Positions 50,289 through 60,110 of a stretch of DNA of 64,000 nucleotides are shown in pieces. How positions within the stretch are numbered: position 1 is the first letter of the stretch; each line of letters begins with the position of its first letter. The stretch spans positions 192,001 to 256,000 of the forward strand of contig CBDDCX010000005.1 in NCBI GenBank assembly GCA_965226375.1, given 5' to 3'. The position numbers were made by a program, and so were the translations under genes. The stretch comes from Longimicrobiales bacterium. Its GTDB lineage: Bacteria; Gemmatimonadota; Gemmatimonadetes; Longimicrobiales; Gaopeijiaceae. The notes beneath the pieces were generated by a model, which did no database searches, was not told the DNA's origin, and saw only the letters and a list, made by a program, of their open reading frames with translations.

Positions 50289-51355
50289 ATGGGGTATTGC
50301 CTTAAGTCCACCGCCCACTACATGTTGTGGTCATGGCGGTTCCGGCTTCTCAGCTCCGTGGCGGCGTGGACTATCCCCGTACGCGGCTGGAGCTGGACGA
50401 GTTCTTCCCCGACGATGCGGCATGCCTGGAGTACGTGGAGGGTCTGCGCTGGCCGGAAGGGTTTGTGTGCGTGGGCTGTGGCGGGTTGGGAGAGGTCTGG
50501 CGAGCATCGCGGGGGCGTCTCGTCTGCCCACACTGTCGAAGGCAGACCTCGGTGCTGGCGGGAACCGTGTTCCACCGCACGCGCTCGCCCCTGCGTCTGT
50601 GGTTTCTCGCTGCCTGGGAGCTCACGAGCCAGAAATACGGAGCCAATGCTCTCGGGCTCCAGCGCGTGCTCGGACTGGGAAGCTACAAGACAGCGTGGGT
50701 CTGGCTCCACAAGCTCCGCCGGGCCATGGTCCGACCGGATCGCGACCAGCTGAGCGGCGTTGTGCAAGTGGACGAGAGCTATGTCGGGGGCGTGGAGGCT
50801 GGAGTGCGGGGCCGCGAGACGATCAAGAAGGCCATCGTCGCGATCGCCGCCGAGGTCGACGGACGCAAGATCGGGAGAATACGGCTGCGTTGGGTGCCCG
50901 ACCTCTCCGCTCCGGTTCTGCGAGGCTTCGTCAAGGATAGCATCGCACCGGCAAGCACGGTGCATACCGACGGATGGCCAAGCTATCAGGGACTCGCCAA
51001 ACTGGGCTTTCGCCACACGGTCACGAACCTCTCGACCTCCGGCGATCCCGCTCACGTGCTCATGTCGGCCGTACATCGGGTGGCGTCTCTCCTCAAGCGC
51101 TGGGTCCTCGGAACCCTCCAAGGAGGGATCGCCCGCGAACACCTCCCCTACTATCTGGACGAGTTCACCTTTCGCTTCAACCGACGCACATCCCGGGCTC
51201 GCGGCCTGTTGTTCTACCGCTTGCTTGAGCAGGCTGTTCAGTGTGCTCCCACGCCAGCTTCGGCCCTTTACCTCGGCACCGGACGTGGGAAACGGCCCGC
51301 AGAGCCCCGGTAACCACTATATCTTGGGGTCGGTGGACTTAAGGGAATACCCCCT
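50289..51355 (+). mobile_element. IS1595-family element, copy 3 (1067 bp), tandem with copy 2
   Basis: Same TIRs; third TSD copy TTGCGTGA at 51356-51363. Confidence 0.95.
50327..51313 (+). CDS. IS1595-family transposase
   Basis: Protein identical to the other two copies. Confidence 0.95.
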   Translation: MVMAVPASQLRGGVDYPRTRLELDEFFPDDAACLEYVEGLRWPEGFVCVGCGGLGEVWRASRGRLVCPHCRRQTSVLAGTVFHRTRSPLRLWFLAAWELTSQKYGANALGLQRVLGLGSYKTAWVWLHKLRRAMVRPDRDQLSGVVQVDESYVGGVEAGVRGRETIKKAIVAIAAEVDGRKIGRIRLRWVPDLSAPVLRGFVKDSIAPASTVHTDGWPSYQGLAKLGFRHTVTNLSTSGDPAHVLMSAVHRVASLLKRWVLGTLQGGIAREHLPYYLDEFTFRFNRRTSRARGLLFYRLLEQAVQCAPTPASALYLGTGRGKRPAEPR

Positions 51356-51502
51356 TTGCGTGAATATCATAGCAATATGGTGACTCCGGACCGGGCGCGC
51401 ATCGCTTCCGGACAACACGTTAGAGGATCCGTTCGAATTCAAACTGATCTTCTACCGAGAGCGCGCGTTGCGCCTGTTGAGGACGCCTTCGATCTTGGCC
51501 AC

Positions 51503-53317
51503 ATGCAGATCGGCTACATAGACGGCCCGCGCCTCCGCAGGGCGCTCGCGGCGGCGTGTCAGTGGGCTGCCCAACAGCGTAGTGAGCTCAACCGGATCAA
51601 CGTCTTTCCGGTGCCGGACGGAGACACAGGGACCAACCTGGCCCTCACGGTCCAGGCCATTTCAGACCATCTGGAGGGGGACACGCACCGCTCGGTGGGC
51701 CATGTGGCCCAGGAGGCGGCAGAGGCTGCGGTGTTGGGTGCCCGTGGCAACTGCGGCATGATGTTATCACATTTCCTTCTCGGATTCGCTGGCGTGCTGA
51801 AGCATAGGGATCGTATCGACGCCGAGGAGTTTGCGATGGCGCTCACCGCCGGGGTGGAGCACCTGTACGCGGCCATAGAGCAACCGGTCGAGGGAACGAT
51901 ACTCACCGTGATGCGAGAGACGGCCGAGGCGGTCTCCGTGGCACAGACCGCCGACATCGCTGCGCTGATGGAGCACATGCTGGAGAAGGCCCAGGACTCC
52001 CTGCTGCGCACGCCCGAGTTGCTCCCCGTACTCAAGTCCGCGGGGGTGGTGGATGCGGGCGCCAAAGGATTCGTGAGCCTTCTCGAAGGGGTGGTCCTCT
52101 TCCTCCATGGGGATCCGCTGACGGAGAAGGTCCAGGGCGAATTCGCGGCTGGTCCGCCGGCCGTGGCCATGGTGGAGTACCCCGACCGCGACGAGCGGTA
52201 TCGCTTTTGCACAGAGGCCCTCGTACGTGGGGAAGGGCTGCCCACTCAACGCGAGGTACGTGACCGGCTCCGCGAGCGTGGCGACTCGATGATCGTCATC
52301 CGCTCCGGCGACGTGCTCAAGCTGCACATCCATACCGACGATCCTGAAGACGTCTTCGAGTACCTGAAGGGTCTGGGCAACCTGGTGACCCACAAGGCAG
52401 AGGACATGAAGGCTCAGCACGCTGCCGTGGGACGAGCGGGCACTTCGCACCTCTCTTTGGCTCGTCGTCCGGTGGGGATCGTCACCGACAGCGCCGCCGA
52501 TCTTCCCGAAGAGATCGTGCGCGCCCACGGCATTCAGGTGGTGCCCCTAATGCTGGTGGACGGTGATGACGTCTACCGGGACGGAGTCGACGTGACGGCT
52601 GAGCAGTTCCACGAGATGCTTGCCAAACAGGAAGCGTTGCCGACTACCTCACAGCCGCCACCCGGTGCGTTCCTAGAGGGATGCAAGCGGGCCGCCGAGG
52701 ACGCCGAACAGGTGGTGGGTGTGATCCTCGGATCGGGCCTCTCGGGGACGTTCACGTCCGCTGAAGCAGCCGTTTCGAGGGCGGATGGGCTTCCGGTTCG
52801 GCTCGTGGACTCACTAGGCGCATCTCTCCTCCAGGGTCTCCTGGTGCTGAAGGCGACCGAGATGGCTGAGATGGGTCAGAAGCCGGACGAGATCGTCTCC
52901 GAGCTCGACCGTATCCGAGCCCGGTCCGGCATCCTGTTCACGGTGGAGACTTTCGATCGACTGTTGGCCTCGGGCCGTGTCGGGAGGGGCAAGGCGCTCC
53001 TGGGAACGCTCCTGAACGTGAAGCCCATTCTCGGGCTGGATGCGGCGGGTAGGGTGGTCCCCAAGGGAAAGGCCATCGGCCGTAACCGTGTCATGGCAGC
53101 GCTCCTGGACGTCATGGCCGGGGACATGGGAGAGGTGCCCGAAAAGGTCCGGTTCGGCATCGTACATGTGGGCGCTCCCGACATCGTCCCCGAAGTGAGG
53201 GAGAAGCTGATCGAGCGGTACGGGAAAGTGGAGATGCTGAGCGCGCCGGCGACCCCCGTGATCTCCACCCACCTAGGTACGGGAGCGTGGGGTGTCGCCT
53301 ATATGGTGGAGGACTAG
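51503..53317 (+). CDS. DAK2 (FakA-like) domain fused to DegV (FakB-like) fatty-acid-binding domain
   Basis: NRINVFPVPDGDTGTN, GARGNCG, VEGTILTV, VVDAG, HIHT; then VTDSAADL, PTTSQP, LSGT, GRVG, STHLG. Confidence 0.9.
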   Translation: MQIGYIDGPRLRRALAAACQWAAQQRSELNRINVFPVPDGDTGTNLALTVQAISDHLEGDTHRSVGHVAQEAAEAAVLGARGNCGMMLSHFLLGFAGVLKHRDRIDAEEFAMALTAGVEHLYAAIEQPVEGTILTVMRETAEAVSVAQTADIAALMEHMLEKAQDSLLRTPELLPVLKSAGVVDAGAKGFVSLLEGVVLFLHGDPLTEKVQGEFAAGPPAVAMVEYPDRDERYRFCTEALVRGEGLPTQREVRDRLRERGDSMIVIRSGDVLKLHIHTDDPEDVFEYLKGLGNLVTHKAEDMKAQHAAVGRAGTSHLSLARRPVGIVTDSAADLPEEIVRAHGIQVVPLMLVDGDDVYRDGVDVTAEQFHEMLAKQEALPTTSQPPPGAFLEGCKRAAEDAEQVVGVILGSGLSGTFTSAEAAVSRADGLPVRLVDSLGASLLQGLLVLKATEMAEMGQKPDEIVSELDRIRARSGILFTVETFDRLLASGRVGRGKALLGTLLNVKPILGLDAAGRVVPKGKAIGRNRVMAALLDVMAGDMGEVPEKVRFGIVHVGAPDIVPEVREKLIERYGKVEMLSAPATPVISTHLGTGAWGVAYMVED

Positions 53318-53358
53318 AAGGCTGTTGAAGAAGCAGCCTTCTAGAGTCAGGACACTAG
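53314..53358. repeat. Three CTAG sites enclosing a hairpin and a MITE-end remnant between convergent genes
   Basis: CTAG-AAGGCTG-N9-CAGCCTT-CTAG-AGTCAGGACA-CTAG; CAGGACACTAG is identical to the MITE-A right end. Confidence 0.6.
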
Positions 53359-53639
53359 GGGAGCGGTTCACCGATCGCCACGACGGCGTGTTCGGGCACC
53401 AGATGCAGGTCGTCTTCTACGAGCCGTGCAGCTTCGTGGAGGATGATCACCAGCGTGCCGGCCGTCAGCCCGTCATCCTGCCCCGGAATGTCGTACTCGT
53501 CGCTCGGTGAATGAAGAACGATCTGACCGCGACGTAGGGTCCGGTCCGCGCACGTGCCCACGAGTCGGACGGTAGCCCAACCCGGGCGCGGTGCCCAAAC
53601 CATGTTCGTGGGTGTCCTCATGCGTCTGTCATACGGCAT
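53355..53639 (-). CDS. Small hypothetical protein, possibly GroES/Cpn10-like fold
   Basis: AAGGAG RBS; 94 aa; C-terminus GLTAGTLVII...HLVPEHAVVAIGE. Confidence 0.55.
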   Translation of the reverse strand: MPYDRRMRTPTNMVWAPRPGWATVRLVGTCADRTLRRGQIVLHSPSDEYDIPGQDDGLTAGTLVIILHEAARLVEDDLHLVPEHAVVAIGEPLP

Positions 53640-53649
53640 CGAATCTCCT

Positions 53650-54096
53650 TTACTCCCTCAGTCGCTGGCGTCCCGAGACCAATAGATCGTACGTGGCCCG
53701 TTGGGCCGGTGACAACTCCGGAGGCAGTCCCACGACCAGCGCTCGACCCTTACTCCCCTCTGGAATGTGAAGGATCATGCGGTCCTCGGGGGTCGGGGGT
53801 TGGTATCCGTGGGTGCGTCCGGTTACGTCGACCTCGACCGGCTTTCCCGGAGTACTCAACGCGGCTAGGCGACACCCGTATTCTCTCCACGAGGTCAGGG
53901 GATCGGCCCCTTTTTCGGCAATTGCGGGGATGAGCTCTTGCTGGTAGTAGTCGACTGCCGCGCGGTAGGCGTCCGGATCGGAAGCCTTCATTTCCCGAAG
54001 ACGCTCCCGATAGAATTCCCGGGGGTCCTTAGCGTTGGTCCGCTTCAGCGTTTCTTCGAAGAGATCGTCGGCCCGGTTCTGTAGCGCCTCGTCCAT
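53650..54096 (-). CDS. Hypothetical protein
   Basis: 148-aa ORF with protein-like composition, co-directional with the next gene. Confidence 0.65.
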   Translation of the reverse strand: MDEALQNRADDLFEETLKRTNAKDPREFYRERLREMKASDPDAYRAAVDYYQQELIPAIAEKGADPLTSWREYGCRLAALSTPGKPVEVDVTGRTHGYQPPTPEDRMILHIPEGSKGRALVVGLPPELSPAQRATYDLLVSGRQRLRE

Positions 54097-54219
54097 GTTG
54101 TACCGTCATAAGTGGTTGGTCTTCGCCTTGGCGCCTGCCCTGGGTAAACCGAAGTATTGTTGCGCCATTCCCCCTCGTCTACCTTAATACCCCCCTCCGA
54201 GTGCCCAGGAGCGTAGCCC

Positions 54220-54762
54220 ATGCATGATATGCAACCCTCGCCGGCTCCCAACTACCGCGGCACCGACGAATACCTCGACCTGTCCTGGGAGATGTTTGGC
54301 GAGCTCTGTCGTGCCCTCGCCTTTCGCGTTGCCCGGGATTACCACCCGGACCTGGTAGTGGGCATCGCCCGCACGGGTGCGATTCCGGCCGCCATCGTCG
54401 CTTCAATCCTGCGGGTGGACTTCTACTCCATGACCATCTCGCGCAAACAGGGGGGCATGGAGATTCTGGAGCGGCCGTCGGTTTTGTCGGCGGCCCCGAT
54501 CCAGGCGCGAGGCAAGAGGGTGCTCCTGGTGGACGAGATCGCTACCTCCGGTGACACGCTGCGCCTGGGTCTGGCCGCCGTCCGGGACATTGGTCCCACG
54601 GAGGTGCGCACCGCCACGAGCTTCGCGCGCACCCACGGGTATAAGGCGGACTACTTCGCCCTCGAGACCGATGCCACCATCATCTTCCCGTGGGACCGCA
54701 AGGTCTTCGAGGGAGAGCGTCTGGTGGTCAATCCGCGCTACCAGGGTGCCGTAGACGAGTGA
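54220..54762 (+). CDS. Type I phosphoribosyltransferase
   Basis: VVGIARTG, VLLVDEIATSGDT PRPP loop, IIFPW. Confidence 0.88.
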   Translation: MHDMQPSPAPNYRGTDEYLDLSWEMFGELCRALAFRVARDYHPDLVVGIARTGAIPAAIVASILRVDFYSMTISRKQGGMEILERPSVLSAAPIQARGKRVLLVDEIATSGDTLRLGLAAVRDIGPTEVRTATSFARTHGYKADYFALETDATIIFPWDRKVFEGERLVVNPRYQGAVDE

Positions 54763-54767
54763 CGCCC

Positions 54768-54801
54768 CCCGCCCGGGGCCGGTCCTGCCGGCCCGGGCGG
54801 G
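54768..54801. terminator. GC-rich hairpin between convergent genes
   Basis: CCCGCCCGGG(G)CCGG-N5-CCGGCCCGGGCGGG. Confidence 0.45.
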
Positions 54802-54842
54802 CAGCGAGTCGCGGCTGACCCCGCCGCACGCTCAAGTTCTTA

Positions 54843-56849
54843 TTAGCGCCAAGCTCCGCCCGACTCGTCCACGGCTGAGAGCCTGTGCGCCTCTCGCACC
54901 AATTCCACGAATTCAGTCCGATATCCCTGCGGGTCCGCTCCTACGGCGCTTTGCGCCCAGCGAAGAATCTCCTCCATGTCGGTGCTCCCACAATACCTGG
55001 AGTCTCGGAGGACCATCCCGAACGCGGCTACCGAAGCGGCGAACGTGAAATCAGTCGAGGGCATGGTCGTCCCGTCGATCACCGTGTGGGTGAGCAGTCG
55101 ACTCCGTTTTCCGTCGGGATCCTTGTAACGCAGCTTCACGAACAACAGTTCTGGACCGAAAGCTTCTCGGTTGATCTCGGTGGACTGATAGCGCAGGTCG
55201 TCCAGGCCGCGGACCGGTGTGGCGCTCGCCACGCCTGTGGGGATCACTTCGTAAAGAGCCGTGACGGTGTGCCCGGCACCGAGGTCACCGGCGTCCTTGG
55301 TATCGTCGTTGAAGTCCTCCGCCGCCAGCATCCGATTTTCGTACCCGATCAGGCGATACCCACTTATTCGTGTGGGATTGAACTCCACCTGGACCTTCAG
55401 GTCCTTGGCGATGGTGTGCAGGGTGCCGCCGAACTCGCTCACCAGGACCTTGCGCGCCTCGAGTTCGGTGTCGATGTACGCGAAGTTGCCATTCCCGTGG
55501 TCGGCCAGCTTCTCCATCTTGGCGTCTTGCAGGTTGCCTGTGCCGAAGCCGAGAACAGTCAGGAAGGTGCCTTCGTCGCGTCGCTCCTCGATGAGCCGGA
55601 CCATCTCCGCATCGCTGGAAGCACCGACATTGAAGTCACCGTCCGTGGCCAGGATGATCCGGTTGTTGCCACCCTCGACGTGATACCGCTGCGCGATGTC
55701 GTAGGCGAGCTGGAGCCCGGCCCCCCCTGCGGTCGAGCCTCCGGCCTCCAGGCGATCGAGGGCGTCCAGGATAATTCCCTTGTCACTGCCCGCGGTCGGC
55801 TCGAGCACCAACCCGGCGGCTCCGGCGTACACGACGATGGCCACTCGGTCCTCTGGACGTATCTGATCGATCAGCAGCCGCAGGGCGGCCTTGAGAAGCG
55901 GCAGCTTGTTAGCCGGCCTCATGGAGCCCGACACGTCCAGCAGGAACACGAGGTTGCTGGCTGGCAGGTCCTCGGTGTCGATCCTTCGCCCCTGGATGCC
56001 GATGCGTACCAGATGATGGAGAGGGTTCCACGGCGCCGGCGCCATTTCCGTGTGGACCACGAACGGGTCCGGTCCGTCGGGCGCCTCCAGGTCGTAGGTG
56101 AAATAGTTGATCAACTCCTCGATACGAACAGCGTCGGCGGGAGGAAGCTGCCCCCCGCGGATGAAGCGGCGGACGTTGGCGTAGGACGCCCGGTCCACGT
56201 CGATGCCGAACGTCGACAGCGGATTCGGCCCCACGGCCAGGAACTCGTTCTCGTAGATCCGCTCGTAACCTTCGCGCTCGAAGTTCGGGTGATAACGCCC
56301 GGAGGGGGTGTATTCCCGCTGGTGTATACCACCGAGAACCACCATCCCGGGCCGGGCCAACATCCCGTTCACCGGGAGTGCCTCTACCTTGCGGCGTGCG
56401 TCTTCGACGGCTCGTGACGCGACCAATACAGCGCCGTTCCCACGAGGTCTTTGCCCGTCCGGGTCCATCGCAGCCACGGCGGTGACGGCGAACTCGTCCC
56501 TCGGTAGCCACTCCAGGGCCTGCCGCCTTGTGGACTCGAGAGCGAAGTCCACTCGGGCGGAGTCGGCCCCCGGAGTCACCTGCCGCGTCATGGACCTGTA
56601 GCCGATGAGTGCCGCTCGGATCGTAAGTGCGCCCTTGGTCGTCGCGCCGAGCCCGAGCGAATAGCCTCCGTCCCTGGCGGTCAGGGTGCTAGTCATGAGA
56701 CCGTCCGCGTAGATCTGGACGCCCGACAGCGGCGTGCCCGTGGCCGCGTCGGTTACGGTGCCGAGGATCACGCCGAGCGAGCGTACGCCCGGGCGTTCGT
56801 CGGCGATGAGCCCTGCGAGAAGTGCCATTAAGAGTGTCAAGGTGCGCAC
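54843..56849 (-). CDS. YfbK-like VWA-domain protein with an N-terminal carboxypeptidase-regulatory-like domain
   Basis: GTVTDAATGTPL, STFGIDVDRASY, DVSGSM MIDAS, ATDGDFNVG, YRLIGYENR. Confidence 0.9.
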   Translation of the reverse strand: MRTLTLLMALLAGLIADERPGVRSLGVILGTVTDAATGTPLSGVQIYADGLMTSTLTARDGGYSLGLGATTKGALTIRAALIGYRSMTRQVTPGADSARVDFALESTRRQALEWLPRDEFAVTAVAAMDPDGQRPRGNGAVLVASRAVEDARRKVEALPVNGMLARPGMVVLGGIHQREYTPSGRYHPNFEREGYERIYENEFLAVGPNPLSTFGIDVDRASYANVRRFIRGGQLPPADAVRIEELINYFTYDLEAPDGPDPFVVHTEMAPAPWNPLHHLVRIGIQGRRIDTEDLPASNLVFLLDVSGSMRPANKLPLLKAALRLLIDQIRPEDRVAIVVYAGAAGLVLEPTAGSDKGIILDALDRLEAGGSTAGGAGLQLAYDIAQRYHVEGGNNRIILATDGDFNVGASSDAEMVRLIEERRDEGTFLTVLGFGTGNLQDAKMEKLADHGNGNFAYIDTELEARKVLVSEFGGTLHTIAKDLKVQVEFNPTRISGYRLIGYENRMLAAEDFNDDTKDAGDLGAGHTVTALYEVIPTGVASATPVRGLDDLRYQSTEINREAFGPELLFVKLRYKDPDGKRSRLLTHTVIDGTTMPSTDFTFAASVAAFGMVLRDSRYCGSTDMEEILRWAQSAVGADPQGYRTEFVELVREAHRLSAVDESGGAWR

Positions 56850-57011
56850 CGTGGTTCCTCCATCAGTGGTCCGTCGCGGGACCGAAGGAACCGTTCCCGC
56901 CTACTTCAACCGACGAACGAAGGGCTCAGACTTGCACACCTCGTGGGGGATTCGCGGCGGACTCGCCGCGTGGGGCGTGAGATGTGAGGGGGGGATACTG
57001 TGGAGTCGTGC

Positions 57012-58265
57012 CTACTCGCCGGCGGCCATGGACTCCATGAACTCCTGATTCGTTTCGGTCCGACCCATACGGGCGAGTAGGAACTCGATGGCCTCGGTGG
57101 GGGGCATGTCGGAGAGGAAGTTGCGCAGGAGGTAGACCCGGTTCAGCTCGTGGGGAGTGAGGAGCAGTTCTTCCTTCCGGGTGCCGGATCGGTTGATGTC
57201 GATCGCGGGGAATATCCTCTTGTCCGAGATGTGGCGGTCCAGGATCAGCTCCATGTTCCCGGTCCCCTTGAATTCCTCGAAAATGACCTCGTCCATACGG
57301 CTCCCGGTCTCCACCAGGGCCGTCGCGATAATGGTCAGGGATCCGCCGCCGTCGATGTTTCGTGCGGCCCCGAAGAAACGCTTGGGCTTGTGCAGGGCGT
57401 TCGCGTCCACCCCGCCAGACAGGATCTTACCCGAGTGGGGCACGGTCGTGTTGTATGCCCGCGCCAGCCGCGTAATCGAGTCCAGGAGGACGACGACGTC
57501 CTTTCCGTGCTCCACCAGCCGCTTGGCCTTCTCCAGCACCATCTCCGCTACCTGCGTGTGGCGGGACGCGGGTTCGTCGAAGGTGGAGGAGATGACCTCA
57601 CCGTCGACGTGCTCCTCCATGTCCGTTACTTCCTCGGGGCGTTCGTCGATGAGCAGGACGATGAGATGCACGTCGGGATGGTTGGCTGTGATCGCGTTGG
57701 CGATCTTCTGCAGGAGGATCGTCTTGCCCGCCTTGGGCGGGGAGACGATCAAGCCGCGTTGCCCCATCCCGACCGGAGCCACCAGATCCATGACCCTCAT
57801 CGACAGATCCTCGTCTGCAACCTCGAGGGTCAGTCGGTCCTCAGGGTAGCGGGGCCGCAGGTTGTCGAAGGCGATGCGCTGTTTGGCGTTGTCGGGGTCG
57901 TCGCCATTGACGCTCTCTACCTTGAGCAACGCTAGATAGCGTTCGCCTTCCTTGGGAGGCCGTACCTGGCCGAGGACGGTGTCCCCCGTCCGTAGGTCGA
58001 AGCGCTTGATCTGAGAGGGACTTACATAGATGTCGTCCGGACCATAGAGATAATTCCAGTCTTGCGAGCGCAGGAATCCGTAGCCCTCCGTCAAGATCTC
58101 GAGGACTCCTTCGCCTCGCAGGACCACATCATGGTCGAGCAGATTCTGCTCGATTCGAAAGATGAGGTCTTGCTTGCGGAGCCCCGAATAGTTGGAGATG
58201 TTGAGTTCCTCCGCCAAATCATGGAGGTCTCCAACGCTCTTGCTCTTCAACTGCGCGATGTCCAC
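57012..58265 (-). CDS. rho: Transcription termination factor Rho
   Basis: [58 protein letters not shown]. Confidence 0.97.
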   Translation of the reverse strand: MDIAQLKSKSVGDLHDLAEELNISNYSGLRKQDLIFRIEQNLLDHDVVLRGEGVLEILTEGYGFLRSQDWNYLYGPDDIYVSPSQIKRFDLRTGDTVLGQVRPPKEGERYLALLKVESVNGDDPDNAKQRIAFDNLRPRYPEDRLTLEVADEDLSMRVMDLVAPVGMGQRGLIVSPPKAGKTILLQKIANAITANHPDVHLIVLLIDERPEEVTDMEEHVDGEVISSTFDEPASRHTQVAEMVLEKAKRLVEHGKDVVVLLDSITRLARAYNTTVPHSGKILSGGVDANALHKPKRFFGAARNIDGGGSLTIIATALVETGSRMDEVIFEEFKGTGNMELILDRHISDKRIFPAIDINRSGTRKEELLLTPHELNRVYLLRNFLSDMPPTEAIEFLLARMGRTETNQEFMESMAAGE

Positions 58266-58441
58266 TTCTACTCCGGGTTGCACACCGACTGCGGCTACGT
58301 GGCCGAAACGGCAAGTCGGGGTCTAATGCGTCAGGCTGGAGGGGAACACGAGAACAAGACCTGCGAGGAGTTCGGCGAGTCCGGCGTCCACGCGGTGGGA
58401 GCCGGGCGCCCGGGTGTGCTGAGGGGACCGAGTCGATTTTA

Positions 58442-59602
58442 ATGGCGGACGGGGAGGGGGTCAAGAGTTCGTCCGGTACTTGGATGACCATCTTGGCCAC
58501 GTACCGCATGGGTTTGGTGGGCGACACGGAGCTCGTTGTCGGTGAGCTGAATGAGGGCCTCGACGCTAGAGATCTGCTCGTTGTGGCGGCTCTCGAGGAC
58601 TGGGACGGACCGGCGTACCTGACCAACACGGATGGCGGCGTCGAGGTGGCCCTTCTACGCCCGAGTCGCACGCGGGCACCCCGGCCCTGGGTCATCCACG
58701 CCGTCCTTCTTCTGCTCACATTCTTCACGACCTTCATGGCGGGCGCTCTGCTGCGAGGGATCGATCCGCTAGCGACGGAGTTCGTCGACGTCTGGGGCGC
58801 CGGAATTCCGGTTCCCACCACCGTGAACTGGACGCAGATGGCCGTCGGCGCGCCCTTCGCTCTTACGCTGATGACCATCCTGATGGCACACGAGATGGGC
58901 CATTTCCTGATGGCGAGACGGCATCAAGTCCCGGCGAGTCTTCCGTACTTCATCCCCTTTCCCGCGTACTATTCGGCCATCGGTACATTGGGCGCCTTCA
59001 TCCGTATACGTGGACCCATCGTGAGGCGCTCCGTTCTGCTCGACATCGGAGTCGGAGGTCCTGTCGCGAGCTTCGTTCTCTCCCTCCTATTCCTTATGGT
59101 GGGGCTCTCGCTCTCCGAGCCGGTCGGTGGCATGGTCGGATCGGGAATGACCATGGTCGTCGAGTTCGCGGGTCAACCGATCTGGTTGGGATCGGGCCTT
59201 GCCGTCCACGGGATCCTGTACCTCTTCTTTCCCGCCGACCTCGGCACCAACGTGATCCTCCTTCATCCCGTGGCCTTCGCCGCTTGGCTCGGGCTGTTCG
59301 TCACCTTCCTCAACCTGCTTCCGTTCGGCCAATTGGATGGCGGGCACATCCTGCACGCGCTCTCGAAACGGGCGCAACGGTGGGCGGGGCCGGTTTGCCT
59401 GCTCGCCCTGCTACCCCTTGGCCGACTCTGGTGGGGATGGTGGATCTGGGCGGGACTCGCCGTGCTCTTGAGCCGGGGACGCCTTGCCCACCCGAAGGTG
59501 CTTCAGCCCCAAGTGGGGCTGGACCCCCTTCGGACCGCGATCGCATGGTCGGCCATCTTCATCTTTTTTCTGACCTTTGTGCCACTCCCCGTGCGTTTCT
59601 GA
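58442..59602 (+). CDS. Site-2 protease (M50 family)
   Basis: HEMGH, GTLGAFI, NLLPFGQLDGGH. Confidence 0.9.
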   Translation: MADGEGVKSSSGTWMTILATYRMGLVGDTELVVGELNEGLDARDLLVVAALEDWDGPAYLTNTDGGVEVALLRPSRTRAPRPWVIHAVLLLLTFFTTFMAGALLRGIDPLATEFVDVWGAGIPVPTTVNWTQMAVGAPFALTLMTILMAHEMGHFLMARRHQVPASLPYFIPFPAYYSAIGTLGAFIRIRGPIVRRSVLLDIGVGGPVASFVLSLLFLMVGLSLSEPVGGMVGSGMTMVVEFAGQPIWLGSGLAVHGILYLFFPADLGTNVILLHPVAFAAWLGLFVTFLNLLPFGQLDGGHILHALSKRAQRWAGPVCLLALLPLGRLWWGWWIWAGLAVLLSRGRLAHPKVLQPQVGLDPLRTAIAWSAIFIFFLTFVPLPVRF

Positions 59603-59647
59603 GTCGGAGCGAATTGATTCTTCCGTATGTAGTGAAACGTCAAATAG

Positions 59648-59710
59648 GGAAAGCGCTTTCCGGTTTTGTAGGAAAAGAAACTTGACAATTTCCCGAACCG
59701 GGTAAACATT
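59648..59710 (+). promoter_or_regulatory. Sigma70-like promoter with an upstream 14-bp perfect palindrome
   Basis: GGAAAGCGCTTTCC (59648-59661); TTGACA (59682-59687) with a weak -10 (AACATT) in an AT-rich patch. Confidence 0.5.
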
Positions 59711-59750
59711 CGTTTGCTCTTCGTTTTTTTTGCTATTTTTCGGAGGCTAC

Positions 59751-60110
59751 ATGGGGAGGCACAACCGGGAGGGCAAGGGCGCGGACCAGCAAGGTTTCGA
59801 GTACCACATCAACTATCAGCCGGATTGGCTTCGGTTGGTCAAGGTCACTCGAACGCTGGACAGCGGCCGACAGTCCACCAAGACGCTTTTCCGAAACCCG
59901 GCGAAGAAACGTGAGGTGAGTCCCGGAGAGCGGGTCCGCACACGGATCATGTCGCCGGGTCAGGGTGTCGATATGGAGGTGGCGGTCTCGGATCCGTATC
60001 AACTCGTGCGCAGGGTCCAGGTTACCTGCATGATTCCCACGTCGGACGGGGGCGCAGAAGAGATCGTGTACACGTTGGAAGACGACATGCCCGTGGCGTC
60101 ACGCGGCTGA
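59751..60110 (+). CDS. Hypothetical protein (119 aa)
   Basis: GGAGG RBS before ATG 59751; own promoter-like region. Confidence 0.7.
   Translation: MGRHNREGKGADQQGFEYHINYQPDWLRLVKVTRTLDSGRQSTKTLFRNPAKKREVSPGERVRTRIMSPGQGVDMEVAVSDPYQLVRRVQVTCMIPTSDGGAEEIVYTLEDDMPVASRG

Noticed and set aside
49684..50940. 418-aa ORF across the IS1595 dimer junction (similarly 11508-12482)
   Set aside because: Alternative-frame readthrough of IS sequence; no independent coding signal
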